A stretch of DNA of 64,000 bases, from NCBI GenBank assembly GCA_013239625.1, contig MU053933.1, forward strand, positions 124,001-188,000, in the 5' to 3' direction. The position numbers and the translations under genes are program-made. Of the stretch, positions 11,261-24,167 are shown in pieces. The stretch's first letter is position 1, and each line of letters opens with the position of its first letter. Under the pieces are notes generated by a model. That model saw only the letters and a program-made list of their open reading frames with translations. It had not been told where the DNA came from and made no database searches. Source of the DNA: Lama guanicoe (taxonomy: Eukaryota).

Positions 11261-11792
11261 CCGGGAGGTGGCTGCTAACGGAGGGAACATTTCCCTGCGT
11301 GCCTGGCTCCATCCTTTGTGAGCTGCCCGTGACTTTGGCAAATGCTCCCACTTCTGTAGGGTGCCCTGCTTATTAAACGGTGGTGATGGTAATAACAGTA
11401 TCTCCCTCGATGGAATGTCATGCAGGTTCATGATGTCAGTAAAAGGCTTTGAGCTCTCAGGAGAAGGGCGCCGTGAGCTCCAAGGTGTTATTAGAAGTAA
11501 TTGGACCTGCAACTGGGGACACCTTCAAAGCTGCCAGACTCCGTTTGCTTCACCCAGTTTCTCTGTTCCCTCTCAGTCTCTTCTGTCTGCCCCCTCGTGG
11601 TTGCTTCCCCCTTTCCACCCACCACAATCACTTTCTCATTCTTGTCTTACTTGTAAGTTACTCACACTTTCCTCCTAACTTAAGACTTTCTACAACAAGC
11701 ATTCTGCCTCAAAAATTATGGGACTCCAGGCAAACAGAACTGGCAAAGCCCTGGGGAACATCATCTAAACCTCAAGCTAGAGAAGTAAAGGT

Positions 11793-12102
11793 TGTCCATC
11801 CATCCATCCATCAACCATCCACCCATCCATCAACCATCCACCCACCCACCCATCCAACTAACTACCCACCCACTCAATAAACCAACCACTCATCCATTCA
11901 TTTATCCATTCACCTATCTATCCACCCATCTACCCACCCACCCAACTATCCATCCACACATTCATCCATCCATCTACCCACTGAACCAACCAACCACCCA
12001 CCCACACAACCAACCACATATTCATTCATCCATCCATCCATCCTTCCACCCATCCACTCACCACTCAACCATCCATCCACCCACACACCCCCCCCCCCAC
12101 CC
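11793..12102. repeat. (CCAT/CCAC)n degenerate array
   Basis: Visible directly in the sequence. Confidence 0.95.
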
Positions 12103-12229
12103 ATTAGCAGGATTGTGCTAAGGGGTCTGAGAAGCAGTATGAAGGCCAGTGCTTTTGGAGTGGAGTGACTGGAGGGAACAGCAGCAGGTGCTGAGTTGAG
12201 AGGAGAGAAGAGGGTGACATACCACCCGG

Positions 12230-12685
12230 AACGTCACGGCTGCAAACAACTCCCATTCTGGTGTCTCAGGAGTCTGCAGTCTGGGCTGGGCTCAGCCTGG
12301 GGACTCTTCTGCTGGTCTTGCCAGTGGTCCCTGCTGTGGCTGCATTTAGCTGGCCTGCCAGCTGGGGGCTGGCCAGGACAGGGCTGCTGGATGGCTGGGC
12401 TCCTCTCTCTCCACGTGATCCCAAGGCCTCTCTCCCTTTTGTGGACTTTCTAGTTCTCTCCACGTACCTCTCAGGCAGAGAAGCTGGCCTTCTTACGTCG
12501 TGACTCAGAGCACCAGGCATGCAAAAGTGTTGACACCTCTGCTAGTCTTAAGGCTTAGACCCACCAACAACCACGTCTGCTGTATCCTATCGATTCAAGT
12601 GAGTCACAGGGCCAGCCAGATTTAAGAGGAGGGGACCGTGCCAAGGCTTGAATGCTGGGAGGTGTGGTTCACAGGGGACCACACG
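12230..12685 (-). mobile_element. Old MaLR (MLT1-type) LTR
   Basis: ctgggctgggctcagcctgggg...ctgctggtcttg...gtcacagggccagccagatttaagaggagggg. Confidence 0.65.
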
Positions 12686-12707
12686 GGAGAATGGATGACA
12701 GAGGGTG

Positions 12708-12872
12708 AGGACCAGGAGCAGCAGCATCACCTGGGAACTCTGTAGAGATGCAGATTATCAGGCCCAACCCAGACCTACTGCATCGAATCTCTGCGGATGG
12801 GTCTCAGGAATCTGCAGGCTCGCTGCCTCTCCACTTGATTTTGAATGTTCACTCCCATTTGAGAATGATGGA
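12708..12872. mobile_element. MER5A-like hAT-Charlie MITE
   Basis: agcagcatcacctgggaactctgtagagatgcagattatcaggcccaacccagacctactg...tttgagaa. Confidence 0.85.
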
Positions 12873-12924
12873 TCTACAGCTTTGTCAAAAGAAGGAAGCT
12901 ACTGGAGGGCTCAGAGCAGAGGGC

Positions 12925-13830
12925 TGGTTAGAGAATCACTTTTACAAAAGGACAAAGGCACACAAGGGACCAAGTGGGGGGCTGTCACAATGACACAGGT
13001 GAGAGAGTGAGGGTGACCTGGACCAGGGTGGCGTGGTGGAGATGCTAAGACAAGCTTGGGTTCTGGTTCTGGCTTGGGAAGTGGAGCCAGCAGCATTTCC
13101 CCATGTGCGAGTGTGAGATGTGAGTGAGACGGAGGATCTCGAGGTAGGATCCTGCTTCTGGTGTTTGAGAAAGAACGAACAGCAGAGAGGCGGGGCCGGT
13201 GCCGTGGGGTGACTGAGCAGAGCAGCGGGCCTTATTCTCAGCCGTGACATTTTGGCTGTTTGGTTACCCTCCGCCTCCCCTCAGCTTGGACAGTTAGAAG
13301 GATGGATTTGCCATGTGCTGTGTTGAAGAAGCAAGGTTGGGGTGAAGTAGGTGATCAGGAGTTCAGTTTCAGCTCATTAGATTTGGGACGCTCACAAGAC
13401 GTGGGGGCAAGTGTACAGGTTGAGAACTGGGAGGAGGGGTCCGTTCTGGAGAGAGAGGAATTTTAGAGTCTCAACAAGATCGGTCCAGTTCTGAGACTGG
13501 ATGAATCCGCTAGGGGTGAGCGTGGGTGGGAGGAGACGGAAGTTGACACGAGGATAGGGGCACACGGAGGAGATGGAGGAGGCGCGGCCGCTGGGACAGT
13601 ATGGGAGCAGAGGAGGATGCCTTGGGGAAGCAGAACCGTCTGACAGTCAGAAGTCTGACTCCTACGAAGTAAGCATCTGGCGGTGACACTGATCCCAATT
13701 ATAGGGACGCCAGTGGGACGGTACAGCTGGTTCTGAGAGTGCAGAGGAAACGGAAGACCGTGGTCTGTGACAGAAGGCGGCTGGGGTGATGCTGGCAGAT
13801 TGCACAGGGCCCCACAATGCAATAAAACTC
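12925..13830 (-). mobile_element. L2 LINE remnant
   Basis: Degenerate L2 sequence (caggtgagagagtgagggtgacctggaccagggtgg; gatcaggagttcagtttc). Confidence 0.7.
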
Positions 13831-14453
13831 TCCCTGGTGTGATGATCTGTCGGTTGATAAACTCTTAGCATCTCCACAGCACAGAATTCAACTGTTGTCA
13901 TCAGGTAGAAACATGTGCAGCGCTAACAGTTTTCTATGAGTGCATATGAATCTAGCAGAGGTGTCAACCCACCCCCAGAGTAGAAAATGGTCCAAACCAA
14001 AGGCACCTGCCCCATTGGGTCCCTCGTGTTCTCCAGCATGTCACTGGACAGCCCTCCTGCGGGCTTGGGAGACCTCGCTCCCCCGAGAGACAGGAAGCCC
14101 GCAGCCCAGTGTGCCGGCTGTGGCTGAGACCTGGCTGCTGGGCACTGGCTGTTGCTGCCTCTGGTTGTGGAACAGGAATCCAAGCTGGATTTCCAGATTT
14201 CAGAAACCCAAGCTTAGCTGAGGTCACACAAGGGTGACAAGTCAGATGCAGACTCAGGCGTCTGACACAGAGCCCCCAGGTTCTGGGTCCAGTGAGCATC
14301 TCACCTGTGACCTCGCTCACTCCCAGGATATGACCCTCACCCCAGAAAGTGATGCCTCACCCCAGAAGGAATGATCTTCTGGCAGGGAAGTGCCTGGGCT
14401 GGGGGCAGTCCTCACATACCTGCCTGAAAATGCGATTTTTTACCCACTTTCCC

Positions 14454-14520
14454 TTTGTTTGTTTGTTTGCTAATTGAAGTATAGTCAGTTTACAATGTTG
14501 TGTCAATTTTTGGTGTATAT
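14454..14520 (-). mobile_element. Very short young L1 3' tail
   Basis: aattgaagtatagtcagtttacaatgttgtgtcaatttttggtgta with flanking ccactttccc/ccactctccc TSD. Confidence 0.85.
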
Positions 14521-14583
14521 CCACTCTCCCCTGCAATTTTCATTGCTTCCAAAGAGCATCCAGAGACCGACTCCAGGTGAAAG

Positions 14584-14670
14584 CCCACAGCCCCCCGCGC
14601 CCCCACAGCTCCCCGTGCCCCCACAGCCCCCCGCNNNNNNNNNNNNNNNNNNNCGCCCCCACAGCCCCCC
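14584..14670. repeat. GC-rich 18-bp minisatellite containing a 19-N assembly gap
   Basis: Unit cccccacagccccccgcg occurs on both sides of the Ns at 14635-14653. Confidence 0.9.
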
Positions 14671-16539
14671 AAGCGGGGACTTGCGTTCCCCGTGGGCAGG
14701 GCCAGACTCATGGTTGGGGTGCTTCTCTGGGGGAGCCCCCCACTGTGGTGGGCGTTATATTATAGTGATGCAAGCACAGACCTCCATTGACTCTGTCTTT
14801 TCAGCAGACGTAATGAAGATGCAGAGGGGAAGAACCCATCTTAGGGGGCCGCTGGAAGGGGTGGGGGGAAGAGCTGTAGAAAAGGGCCAGGAGGAGTTCC
14901 AGGGGCTTCTCCGAGCTTGAAGACAGGGTTGTGAGAAAGCCCGATCTTCCTGGAAACCCCAGGAGGAGCAACAACCCCACCGGCCCACCTCCCGTGGGGC
15001 CGTCAGGGCGGTCGGAGAGCATCAGAGGGAACGCACCGCTCCCGCGTCCTGCCCGGCCTGAAGGCCGGCTAGCGTTTCTGTTGGTCACAGGGCCACCAGC
15101 AAGGCAGCCTGAATGTTCACTGAATCGTGTTTGTCGCTGTCTTTTTTTTTCTGTACAAATGGAAATAGTCCCCAAGTTCTACAAACTGAAAGCGATAAAA
15201 CAGCTCTGGAAAAAAATACCCAAGTTAGGCACCTTAGTGGTGAACTTTCCTGAGTTGTTATAACCTCATCGTCTTTACCCCTAGAAAGAACCTTCCAGAA
15301 ACCAGTTCCTTAGGAGTTGCAGTAGAGCGTTGTCACAGACGTGGTCCTTTCCCTGAGCTCCAGGGGCTTAAAGTTGCTGCATCATTTCCATCTTGACTTC
15401 TAGGCCTTCCTAGTTTTAGAAGACTCTTGCCAAGTAAGAAAATAATTTTACTTTCCTAGGCAGACTGGGGTTTTCCTCCTAGAGGGTAAAATTGCTTATT
15501 AACTGGAGACTTTCAACTTGGACCCCAGATCTGAACTCTCCCGGATACACAGGTGGCCCCGCTGAGCCTGTCAGGGTCACAGGGGCACCAGTGCCTGGGC
15601 AGCCTGGGCCCCAGGCCCCTGTGTTTTCTTCACCCCCCACCTCCGTCCGGCTGAAGCCCACACCTCCCCCGTGGCAGTTCCCTTCCTGTCCCATCTCCTT
15701 CCTCTGTCATCACCACCCTCCACTTCCTGGCTGGACGTACCGCCAGGCCAAATAAAAATGCAGTTTCCCCACCCCACTCCCTGTGACCAAGATCTGGCCG
15801 TGGGGTGGAAGTGGACACAGAATGGGCAGTGCCTACACGGTTGGGGCGGTGGACGCGGCCTCCTTTCCTGTCCTGCCTCCTTCTGGCTGGAGTGCAGCTG
15901 CCATCCTAGACCACAGACGGAGGCCAACGGCTGGGGACACCAGACCAGGCACCACCCGTGCGTCAGAGTCGACCAGGCGGCTTTTTTTCTCACCTTCCGG
16001 TCTAACAGGGCAAAGGGGTCTCCCCTCAGACGTAGTACATTCTCACGGCTTGTCTGGCTCCACATTTATGACACCAAAGTCATGCTGTCAACAAGACCTG
16101 TGGGTGAAAATCCAAGGTAAAATGATGTCGCTGTTGGGTGACGTGTCCAGGACGTTCCAGGCCAAGAGACGGGGAACGGCAGTACTGATGGGAGGGGCAG
16201 AAAATGAGTGTTCATTATTCAGGACACGAGAAAACCACGAACAAACCACGAGCACCAGGAGAGAGCGGAGGGAGTCGGGAAGAAGACCCCAGGGCAAGGA
16301 GGAAGCCCCCGGCACCTGCACGCCTCCGCCCCTCCTCCAGCCAGAAGTGCTTCCCAGGTATCCGTGGAAGGGAGCGTCAGGCCTCAGGACCAACCCTGTA
16401 TCACGGGGACCAGAACCACTCACAGGCTTTTCATTGTTACGTAACCCTTTAAGTATTTCAGCCAAAATATTGACTTCTTCTCTGAAATGTCTTTGTTTTT
16501 CAAAAGCCCCAAGTGAAAAGACCTCATTCAGGAATTGCT

Positions 16540-16842
16540 CAAATAAATGCAAATCAAAACTACAATGAGCATCACCTCACCCAGTCAGAATGGCCATCAT
16601 TAAAAAGTCCATAGATGCTGGAGAGGGCTTGGAGAATAGGGAGCCCTCCTACACTGTGAATGGGAATATAGTTTTGTGCAGCCATTATGGAAAACAGTGT
16701 GAAAGTTTCTCAATAAACTAAAAATAGACTTACCACATGATCCAGCAATCCCACTCCTGGGCATGTATCCAGAGGGAACTCTAAATTGAAAAGATACATG
16801 CACTCCAATATTCATTTACAACATTTGCAGCACTATTTACAC
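16540..16842 (+). mobile_element. L1 fragment (ORF2 end / 3' UTR)
   Basis: aaatgcaaatcaaaactacaatgag...ccagcaatcccactcctgggcatgtatccagag. Confidence 0.9.
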
Positions 16843-17379
16843 CCCCACCCCCACCCCGCCACCAGCATATGACAAATATCATAACTGCTGGAATGTTGTC
16901 ACATGCAAGTGGACAGGCCGAGTGAGGCTCTTACAGAGTGTGGAGTGAGCCCTGCAGGCAGGCAGCCCTGGTGGGTGGGTGGGGAGCAGTCACCAGGCGT
17001 CAGTACCTCCATCAGCCCTGTGTGTCCTCTCCCAGAATTCACAATCTCATCCCCACGGGGGTGGGGGAGGTCGTTCCTCTGACCCTTCATGTAAGGCTGG
17101 GGGCTCTCAGAAAGTAACATAAGATGAAAAGCCAGTCCGCAGGTGGACGTAGGTGGGCGGCTCGGTCATGGGCGTGAGCAGAGGACAGATGTGCCCGCCT
17201 ACATCCTTCCCAGCCCTCTTCTGCAGAAACAGCTGCTCTGGTGAGCTGCACAGAGAATTTCAGCAGAATCTATTTCTCTCTCCAAGTCACCTGACTCACG
17301 ACAAACCCTCACCTGCACATTGGCCCCATCCCCAAAGCCCCCTGTGCACAGATAAATGTGTACACAGCTGTGCCTTCTG

Positions 17380-17605
17380 TTTTTAATGGAAGTATAGTTG
17401 GTTTACAACGTTGTGTTAATTTCTGGTGCACAGCATAGTGATTCAGTTATACACACATATATATTCCTTTTCATATTCTTTTCATTATAGGCTATTACAA
17501 GCTATTGCATATAGTTCCCTGTGCTGTACAGTAGGGCCTTGCTGTATATCTATTTTGTATATAGTGGTGTGTACCTGCAAATTCCGAACTCCCGGTTTAT
17601 CCCTC
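17380..17605 (-). mobile_element. Young L1 3' tail
   Basis: gaagtatagttggtttacaacgttgtgttaatttctggtgcacagcatagtgattcagttatac... Confidence 0.9.
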
Positions 17606-20600
17606 CGAAGCACAAAGAGGACTGGAAGTGTCCCCTTATCGGAAACCTGAAGTGGGGCAGGAATGTCGGCCGGGGCCACAGGATTTAAGGAAAGGAGTGT
17701 GAGATGGGTTGTGACACCAGCCTTAGTCCATTTCCCAGATCAGACCAGCACCCTGGGGAGTCCCGCTCATGGAACCCCCATCTCTGGGCCAGCTCCACCT
17801 GCGGGGCCCAGAGCCTCCTTCCTGTGTTAGCAGGTGCAGTCACAGCAGTGTGGCCCCCACGGCTGGCCAGGTTTGGGGGGCGGGGAGCAGAGTGTAGGAG
17901 TCAGGGAGGCAGGTGTCCCATGGGCCTGGGCGCTAATCCACCAACACCAGCTCCACCGGGCCTCCGGCAGAGAGTTCACCCCCCAAATCTCCTTGTCTGT
18001 CAAATGGGATAGCAATCAGACCTTTCCAAAAGGTTGCTGAGAAATGGGGAGAACAGATGCTGTGAAAGCAGCGAGCGCAGCACCTAGGGGAGGTGAGCGC
18101 CCGAGGACACGGGAGGGAGGCAGGGGTTTTCCCTGGAGCAGGACTGTCAGAAACAAGCAGCTACCTGGATGTTCTGCGCCTAAGCCCCCTCCCGGCCTGT
18201 CCCCTGACACGGCGGCTCTGTCTCTCCAAAGCAGTCTGATGTGTCACCCCCTTTCCAGGCAAGGCCTGTGAGCTTTGTCCGAGCTCTTGAGAGTCTCTGT
18301 GCTCCCTGGCGGTGACTGCTGGCTCCCGCAAGCGCGGAAAGCCAGGGCCGCGTTGGAAAGGAAGATTCTGGCGTGAGAACCATGAGGACGAGCCAACTCC
18401 AGCCGCTCGGAGTCCTTCCTCCCGCGCGGGAGGTGTTGCCACGTGGAGAATGGAAGATGCAGCTGTAATGACCTTGCTGTGTTCTAGGGGCCCCAAAGCG
18501 CTCGGGTGTCGGTGGGCAGACGTGGAAGGCGTGGGCGTCTCTGTGGGGTGGGATTCGTGTGTTGATGTCACAGAAACACTTGCTTCAGGGCCTGTGGGAC
18601 GTCGCCCCGCACGGGAGGCTACAGGGCACTGCCCTCAGTGCCCAGCTGTTCCATGAATAGGGCCCCAAACTCCCTCTGGGGTGGGCGCCCCTCAGACAGT
18701 CAAGGAAGAGCCCCCTGGCAGGGGGTCAGATGTTGACAAACATCGCTGACCACCGGCAGCAGTTAGCAGGCTGACTCATCGCCACTGCGGAAGGACTGAC
18801 TGTCCCGAGCCCCAGGCTATCCCAGCCTGGGCCCTGCCGGCCGGTGCTGTCACAGAAATAGTTCAAGCAGGCCCAGCCTCTGCTGGGGTCCTGTGTCTGC
18901 ACTGGACGGGGGCCCAGTAGGCCTCAGACAGCTGGCTGGTCCTCACCACCCTTCCATCGAGGTGGAAGGAAAGGCCTCTATACCAAGCCTCACGAGCTGG
19001 GGGCTCCCCAGGTGCACTGCACATGTAACCCCACCCAAGGTGGGAACCAACCCTGTTCTACACTCGGGGAAACTGAGGTTGAGCCAGGCCCGGGAACCGG
19101 CCATCCCCGGCTGGGAGCGCAGATCTGCAGGCCCCAAAGCTGGGCTCTCCTCCTGCCCGCCACAGCCTCCCCAGGTGGGACGCCCTTGGACACCTGTGCC
19201 CACCTGGGCCTCCCCTGATGTCAGGAAGCAGTGACGGAGCCAACAGGTCAGACCACGGAGGGGAAGCGCACCCCCCAAAGGAGCTGAGGGGCGTCCCTCA
19301 CTCCGGGGCTGTCTGTGGAGTCAGAAGGGTGAGCCCTCTGAGCCGCCCCCTCCACCTGTCCCCTCCGGGCCGTGGGGAGCGGGCCCCAGCCTGGGCTGGG
19401 CCTGGGGACTCCCAGCACCACAAGGGAAAGGATCTGATAAGGTTGTAATAGCTCCCTCTCCATCTTCTTGGGGTGCTCCAAGGATGACCTCACCTGTGAC
19501 ACGGCCTGTGAGCCAAGAAAACAGGGCTGGGCCGTTTCTAGAGGGGAAAAGCGAGCCCAGAAAGGACCCGGTGGGGGGAGCAGGCCTGGCTCCTCGGGCC
19601 CCCCAGGCTCGGCCGATCCCGCCCCAGCTTCGACTATGGGTGGCTACGCTTTCATCCGTATGAAATGGGAGTTCCTGGGGACGTGAACCAGGTAAATCTG
19701 ACCAGGATGACGGTGGTGAGGGGTGGGCAGCTCCCAGAGGCCTCGGCTTCCTGGGTGGGGCTGGGCTGTTCTGTAAAGCGCAGCTCTCTGTGAAAAGGCA
19801 GACAGCTGGTTGCCGCCTGGAGGGGTGGGACGAGGCGGATGGGAGGGAGGAGGGCGGCCCCCAGCGAGAAGGGGGCCCGGAGCAGAGATGGCTCTGATGT
19901 TGAGTGGGGGCTCCTGACATTTTCAGGCCGCGAATATTTCTCAGGTTAACATGTTAAGAAAACACCTGTAGGATTCCGAAGGAAACCGGTGATGTTAAAG
20001 TGCCGTCATCAGAATGTGAAAAATCAAAGTTAGATACAGTCGCACCTGCTTCTTTGGAAGCACGTTTGTTGGCAGGACCAGCCTCCGGGCCTCACAGCCA
20101 CCGCCATTTCCAATGGTGTGAGTGTCGGTGGTCCTTGGAGAGGGAAGGGGGCATCTGTGCCATGGGTGACAAGGCTGTGCCTGCGGCAGGGCCCGCAGTC
20201 CGGGAGGAGAGCCCCGCCAGCCTCACCAGACGTCTCTGAAGGCCGGCTGGTCAGGGAGAAGGTGGCGCTGGACCGGAGGCGGGCAGGCCCCCGCCTTGGG
20301 GCCGCCCTTCTCACTGCGCTCTTCCCCGGAGCTCCTTCACTCCTCCCGTGATCTTTGCTGAGCACCTGCCGTGTGCCAGACATGCCCTGGGTGCTGGATG
20401 GCAGTGAAGGAAGCTGAGAAACACACCCTCTCCCTCATGCGCTCTTGTTACGCATGCGTCTTCTCTGTCTCCCTGACTAAATGGTGAATTGGGGGAGCGT
20501 GGGTTGCACCTTAAACTTTCAGGACCCTCGTAACAGCCAGCGCCCAGTGTGTGCAGCTGGCTTGTGTTGACTGACTGTCAGAGCGTAAGGCAGTTGCCTT

Positions 20601-21007
20601 TCCAGCACCAACAAGAGGCGAGCCAGCCAGAGGCAGCCATCACCTACCAGGTCAGGGCAGCATAGGTGGGGCAAGTTTGGGGGCCAGGCAGGAGCGGTCA
20701 CTGGGCCCACAGGAGAAGTGGCTGGGCCCCCATCTGTTGTCTGTGCTGGCGTGTGCTTGGGCCCTTGGGAACCCCGCCTTCCAGCAGGGAACTCTGTGAA
20801 CCCCAGCACCCCCCTGCACCCCCTCCCCATGAGTGATACAGAAGAACGGTCCTGCCTCCCCTTTTACTAAAGGGGAAACAGCTCAGACAGAGCCACGGAT
20901 TTGTCTACCGCAGCTGTTCCCTTTGCCCCCAACCCCGGCGCCCAGAGGCATGGCCAGTGTCTGTAGACAGCACGGTTGTCGCATCCAGGCGGAGGGACAC
21001 TCTGCAC

Positions 21008-21100
21008 CTGGCGGGTGGAGGCCAGGATGCTGCTCAACACCCGGCAGTGCACAGGGCACCCCAAGCAATTATCCAACCCCAGCGTCACAGTGCTGAACTC
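21008..21100. mobile_element. MER20-like hAT MITE fragment
   Basis: gggtggaggccaggatgctgctcaacacccggcagtgcacagg...aattatccaacccc...gtcacagtgctga. Confidence 0.75.
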
Positions 21101-21330
21101 CCCACCCTGCGTCTGTCACACTGGGGTGGGGCTGGGAGACAAGACCTTCACCTCTGGTTATAATCTCTCCACTGCGGGGCAAATAACCATCACTGTTGTT
21201 ATTTGTGGCGGTGGTATCACAGGTGCCATACGTTTGAGTGGCCACCTCCACATCCAGTGACATCACTGATCATGTGAGAAGCAGAAGGCACAGGTCTGCT
21301 GAGTAAGTCAGCGCTCACTCCGAAGTCCCT

Positions 21331-21622
21331 CTTTCTTTGTTTTTGTGAAGCACAGTCAGTCACAAGGTGCCAGTTTCTGGTGCGCAGCACAATGCTTCAG
21401 CCGTGCATGTACGTGCACACACGCGTTTTCACATTCTTTTCGTCGAAGGTCACTACAAGGTGTTGAGTATAGTTGCCTGTGCTCTACATAAAGCACACAC
21501 AGAAACTTGTTTATCTATTTTTATATGTAGTAGTTAATATTTACAAATCGCAGACTCCCAGTTTATCCCTTCCCGCCCCCTTGCCCTCTGATAACCATAA
21601 GATTGTTTACTACGTCTGTGAG
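21331..21622 (-). mobile_element. Young L1 3' tail inserted in the hAT fossil
   Basis: gaagcacagtcagtcacaagg...cccagtttatcccttccc...taaccataagattgtt. Confidence 0.85.
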
Positions 21623-22137
21623 CATCATTCTTTGGAGACCAGCAAAGACAAAGGCTGATCACAGTCAGCGGAGTGTGGCTGTCACTCTGTGAGGTATGAC
21701 TTCATTTAGAGCAAATGGCCATTCTAATTAACTGTGTTCATTTTCAACTTCAAGTTTGCTTGTGCATTTAAAGATGAAGTGATAGCTGTTACCGTGATGG
21801 CTCCACCAGCAGGAGAGTTCCACCAACCGTGAACTGACGCCAGTTTGCCACCTGTGTTATCAGATGTTTCAAATAGAAAAGCCAATTAAGCTAATTTTAA
21901 AAATTGCTTAATTTTTATTCAAATCATTAAATACAAGTAAAGCTTCGAACATTTATTCCGTTGAAGATGGGTCCCGTGGTGTTTTTGAAAATGCAAGATG
22001 TAAATGCAAACTCAGCTAAAAAGTCAATATTAATGATGTCACTACTTGTTTTCATTGAGATAAAACAAATACACATGCTGAGGTCACACAGTGTCATGGT
22101 AAAAATGTGTTATTATTAAATTAAGAAAGTATGGAGC

Positions 22138-22826
22138 TTGGCTATTATAAAGACAAGAAATAACAAGTGTTAGTGAAGATGTGGAGAAAAGGGAGCCCCT
22201 GTGCACTGTTTGCAGGGATGTAAATTGGGGCAGCCACTACAGTGGAAAACAGTGTGGAAACAGTGTGGAGTCTCCTCAGAAAAATTAAAAATAGAACTGT
22301 CATATGATCCAGAAATCCCATGTCTGGTATTAAACAAAGAAAAGAAAACACAAACTTGAAAAGATTTATGTACCCTCCTTGATCATCCCAGCATTGTTTA
22401 CAATACCTAAGATATGGAAACAACCTAAGTGTCCATTGATGGATGAATGGATAAGGAAGCGTGAGATAAATAGATAGATAGATGATAAACAGACAATGGA
22501 ATATTACTCAGCCATGAAGAAGAGTGAAATGTTGCCATTTACAACAACATGGATGGACCTGGAGGGCATTATGCTAAGTGAAATAAGTCAGAAAGCAAGA
22601 CAAATACCGTATGATCTCACTTACATGTGGAACCAAAAATAATAAATAAAGAAACAAAAAACAAGCACATAAATATGGAGAACGTGTTGGTGGCTGTCAG
22701 AAGTGGGGGGGGGTTGAAAGTTGCTAAGAGAGTAGATCTTAGAATTCTCATCACAAGAGAAAAAACCATAACAACGAGTTTTGTATGTCAATGAGACCTC
22801 CATAAACTTAATTAATGATTTTTTAA
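22138..22826 (+). mobile_element. L1 (L1MA/MB-like) 3' portion inserted in the hAT fossil
   Basis: Typical L1 3' UTR, with TSD aagaaagtatggagc / aagaaagtatgaagc at about 22123 and 22827. Confidence 0.9.
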
Positions 22827-24001
22827 AAGAAAGTATGAAGCAGAAATATAGTTGGAATTTTTGTGGTGAACACTTAATTCATAAATGACTCTTCAGCTGC
22901 AATATATCATTAATTGAAATAAAAGCTGCATTATATCAAAACTTACAAACCCCTTTCTATATGCAGAGTTAGAGAACCTGAACTACACAATTTCTGTGAT
23001 GAAGCTGATACAGATCACAAATAGGAAAGACTTCATCAGGGCAGCATGTTCTGTCTCCCTTCGAGGTCCATATCTGGTCAGTTTTTAGAAATGCGTAAGC
23101 TGTGAAAAAGTCATTTGCACATCGATCTGCATGACTTACAGTGTTACTAGATTCCTGTGTGAGCAACTGGATTCTCTGGATTTGGGTTGCATTTTGGTCA
23201 GAATCTTTAATCAAACTATTCAACAAATGGATTCCCAAAAACTTCTTTTGAAGCTTTTGGTGAATCATTGTCATTATTGAAAACAAGATGAAAAACAGAC
23301 AGACTAAATGTATCGCTTCAGATGAAAGAGAAAAACTGAACAAACTGCATGATGCCTGCCCAAGTGGTGTATGAGAAGGACTTTGGAATTCCAAAATGGC
23401 GCCTTGGAATATCTTTGTTTATGGGGCGGATTTTTGAACGGTGCTCATATTTTAATTGGAGAGGTACACATATAGACAGGAATATATCTGCATGTATACA
23501 CATGTCTGCATGTATCAGAATGGAATAAAACTGAGAAGACCTACCGTTTTCAGCATATAATTTTGACAAAGCATTCAAAAGAATCATACATGAAAAAATG
23601 CCTATTTGACACATTTTGCCTTATAAAAATATTTATGAGAGGAAGATTCTCTGGATGGAAGCCAAAACACAGAACCTGTGAAAATAACTGAGCTAAATTT
23701 CAACACCTTCATTACAAAAACATTGCGGTGTCCTTCTCTGAGCAGAACGGGGCCATGTGGTACCCGCACAGGCTACTCATTTATCCAATAGCATCAGGGT
23801 TTACAGAGAAGACACCGTTTAACTCACCAGCCAGTTCAGATTTATCATCAACATAATGTCTTCTGGAAGAACACGCCAGGCAATTCTGTGAAAAATTAAA
23901 AGTAATAAAGCAACTGTGAATGTCATATATCCTTCTGGAAAATACCACTAACATGGCATCAAATCACATAAGATTAAAAAACAGATTAAGGAGTGTGAAC
24001 T

Positions 24002-24041
24002 TAAAAAAAATTTTTTTTGGTGGGGGAGGTAACCAGATGTA

Positions 24042-24081
<40 letters not shown>

Positions 24082-24167
24082 TTATTTAACAGAGGTACTG
24101 GGGATCAAACCCATGACCTCACGCATGCTCAGTCCGCGCTCTACCGCTGAGCTGTAAACTTCCCACC
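24002..24167 (-). mobile_element. vic-1-type SINE with (ATT)n tail
   Basis: gaggtactggggatcaaacccatgacctcacgcatgct...ctctaccgctgagctgta, with TSD aaggagtgtgaact / aaggaatgtgaact. Confidence 0.9.

Noticed and set aside
14584..14670. Short repeat array, considered as CRISPR-like
   Set aside because: Head-to-tail tandem units with no unique spacers, in a mammalian context with no cas genes.
15783..16568. Longest ORF (261 aa)
   Set aside because: No recognisable homology, it runs into an L1 at its end, and it starts at a non-ATG codon. Consistent with a chance ORF in GC-rich DNA.
19946..19957. 12-bp perfect palindrome TTAACATGTTAA
   Set aside because: Several palindromes of this length are expected by chance in 64 kb, and it is not a full p53-family site.
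22969..23614. Minus-strand ORFs (141 aa and 98 aa) that look protein-like
   Set aside because: They are antisense shadows of the decayed + strand transposase.
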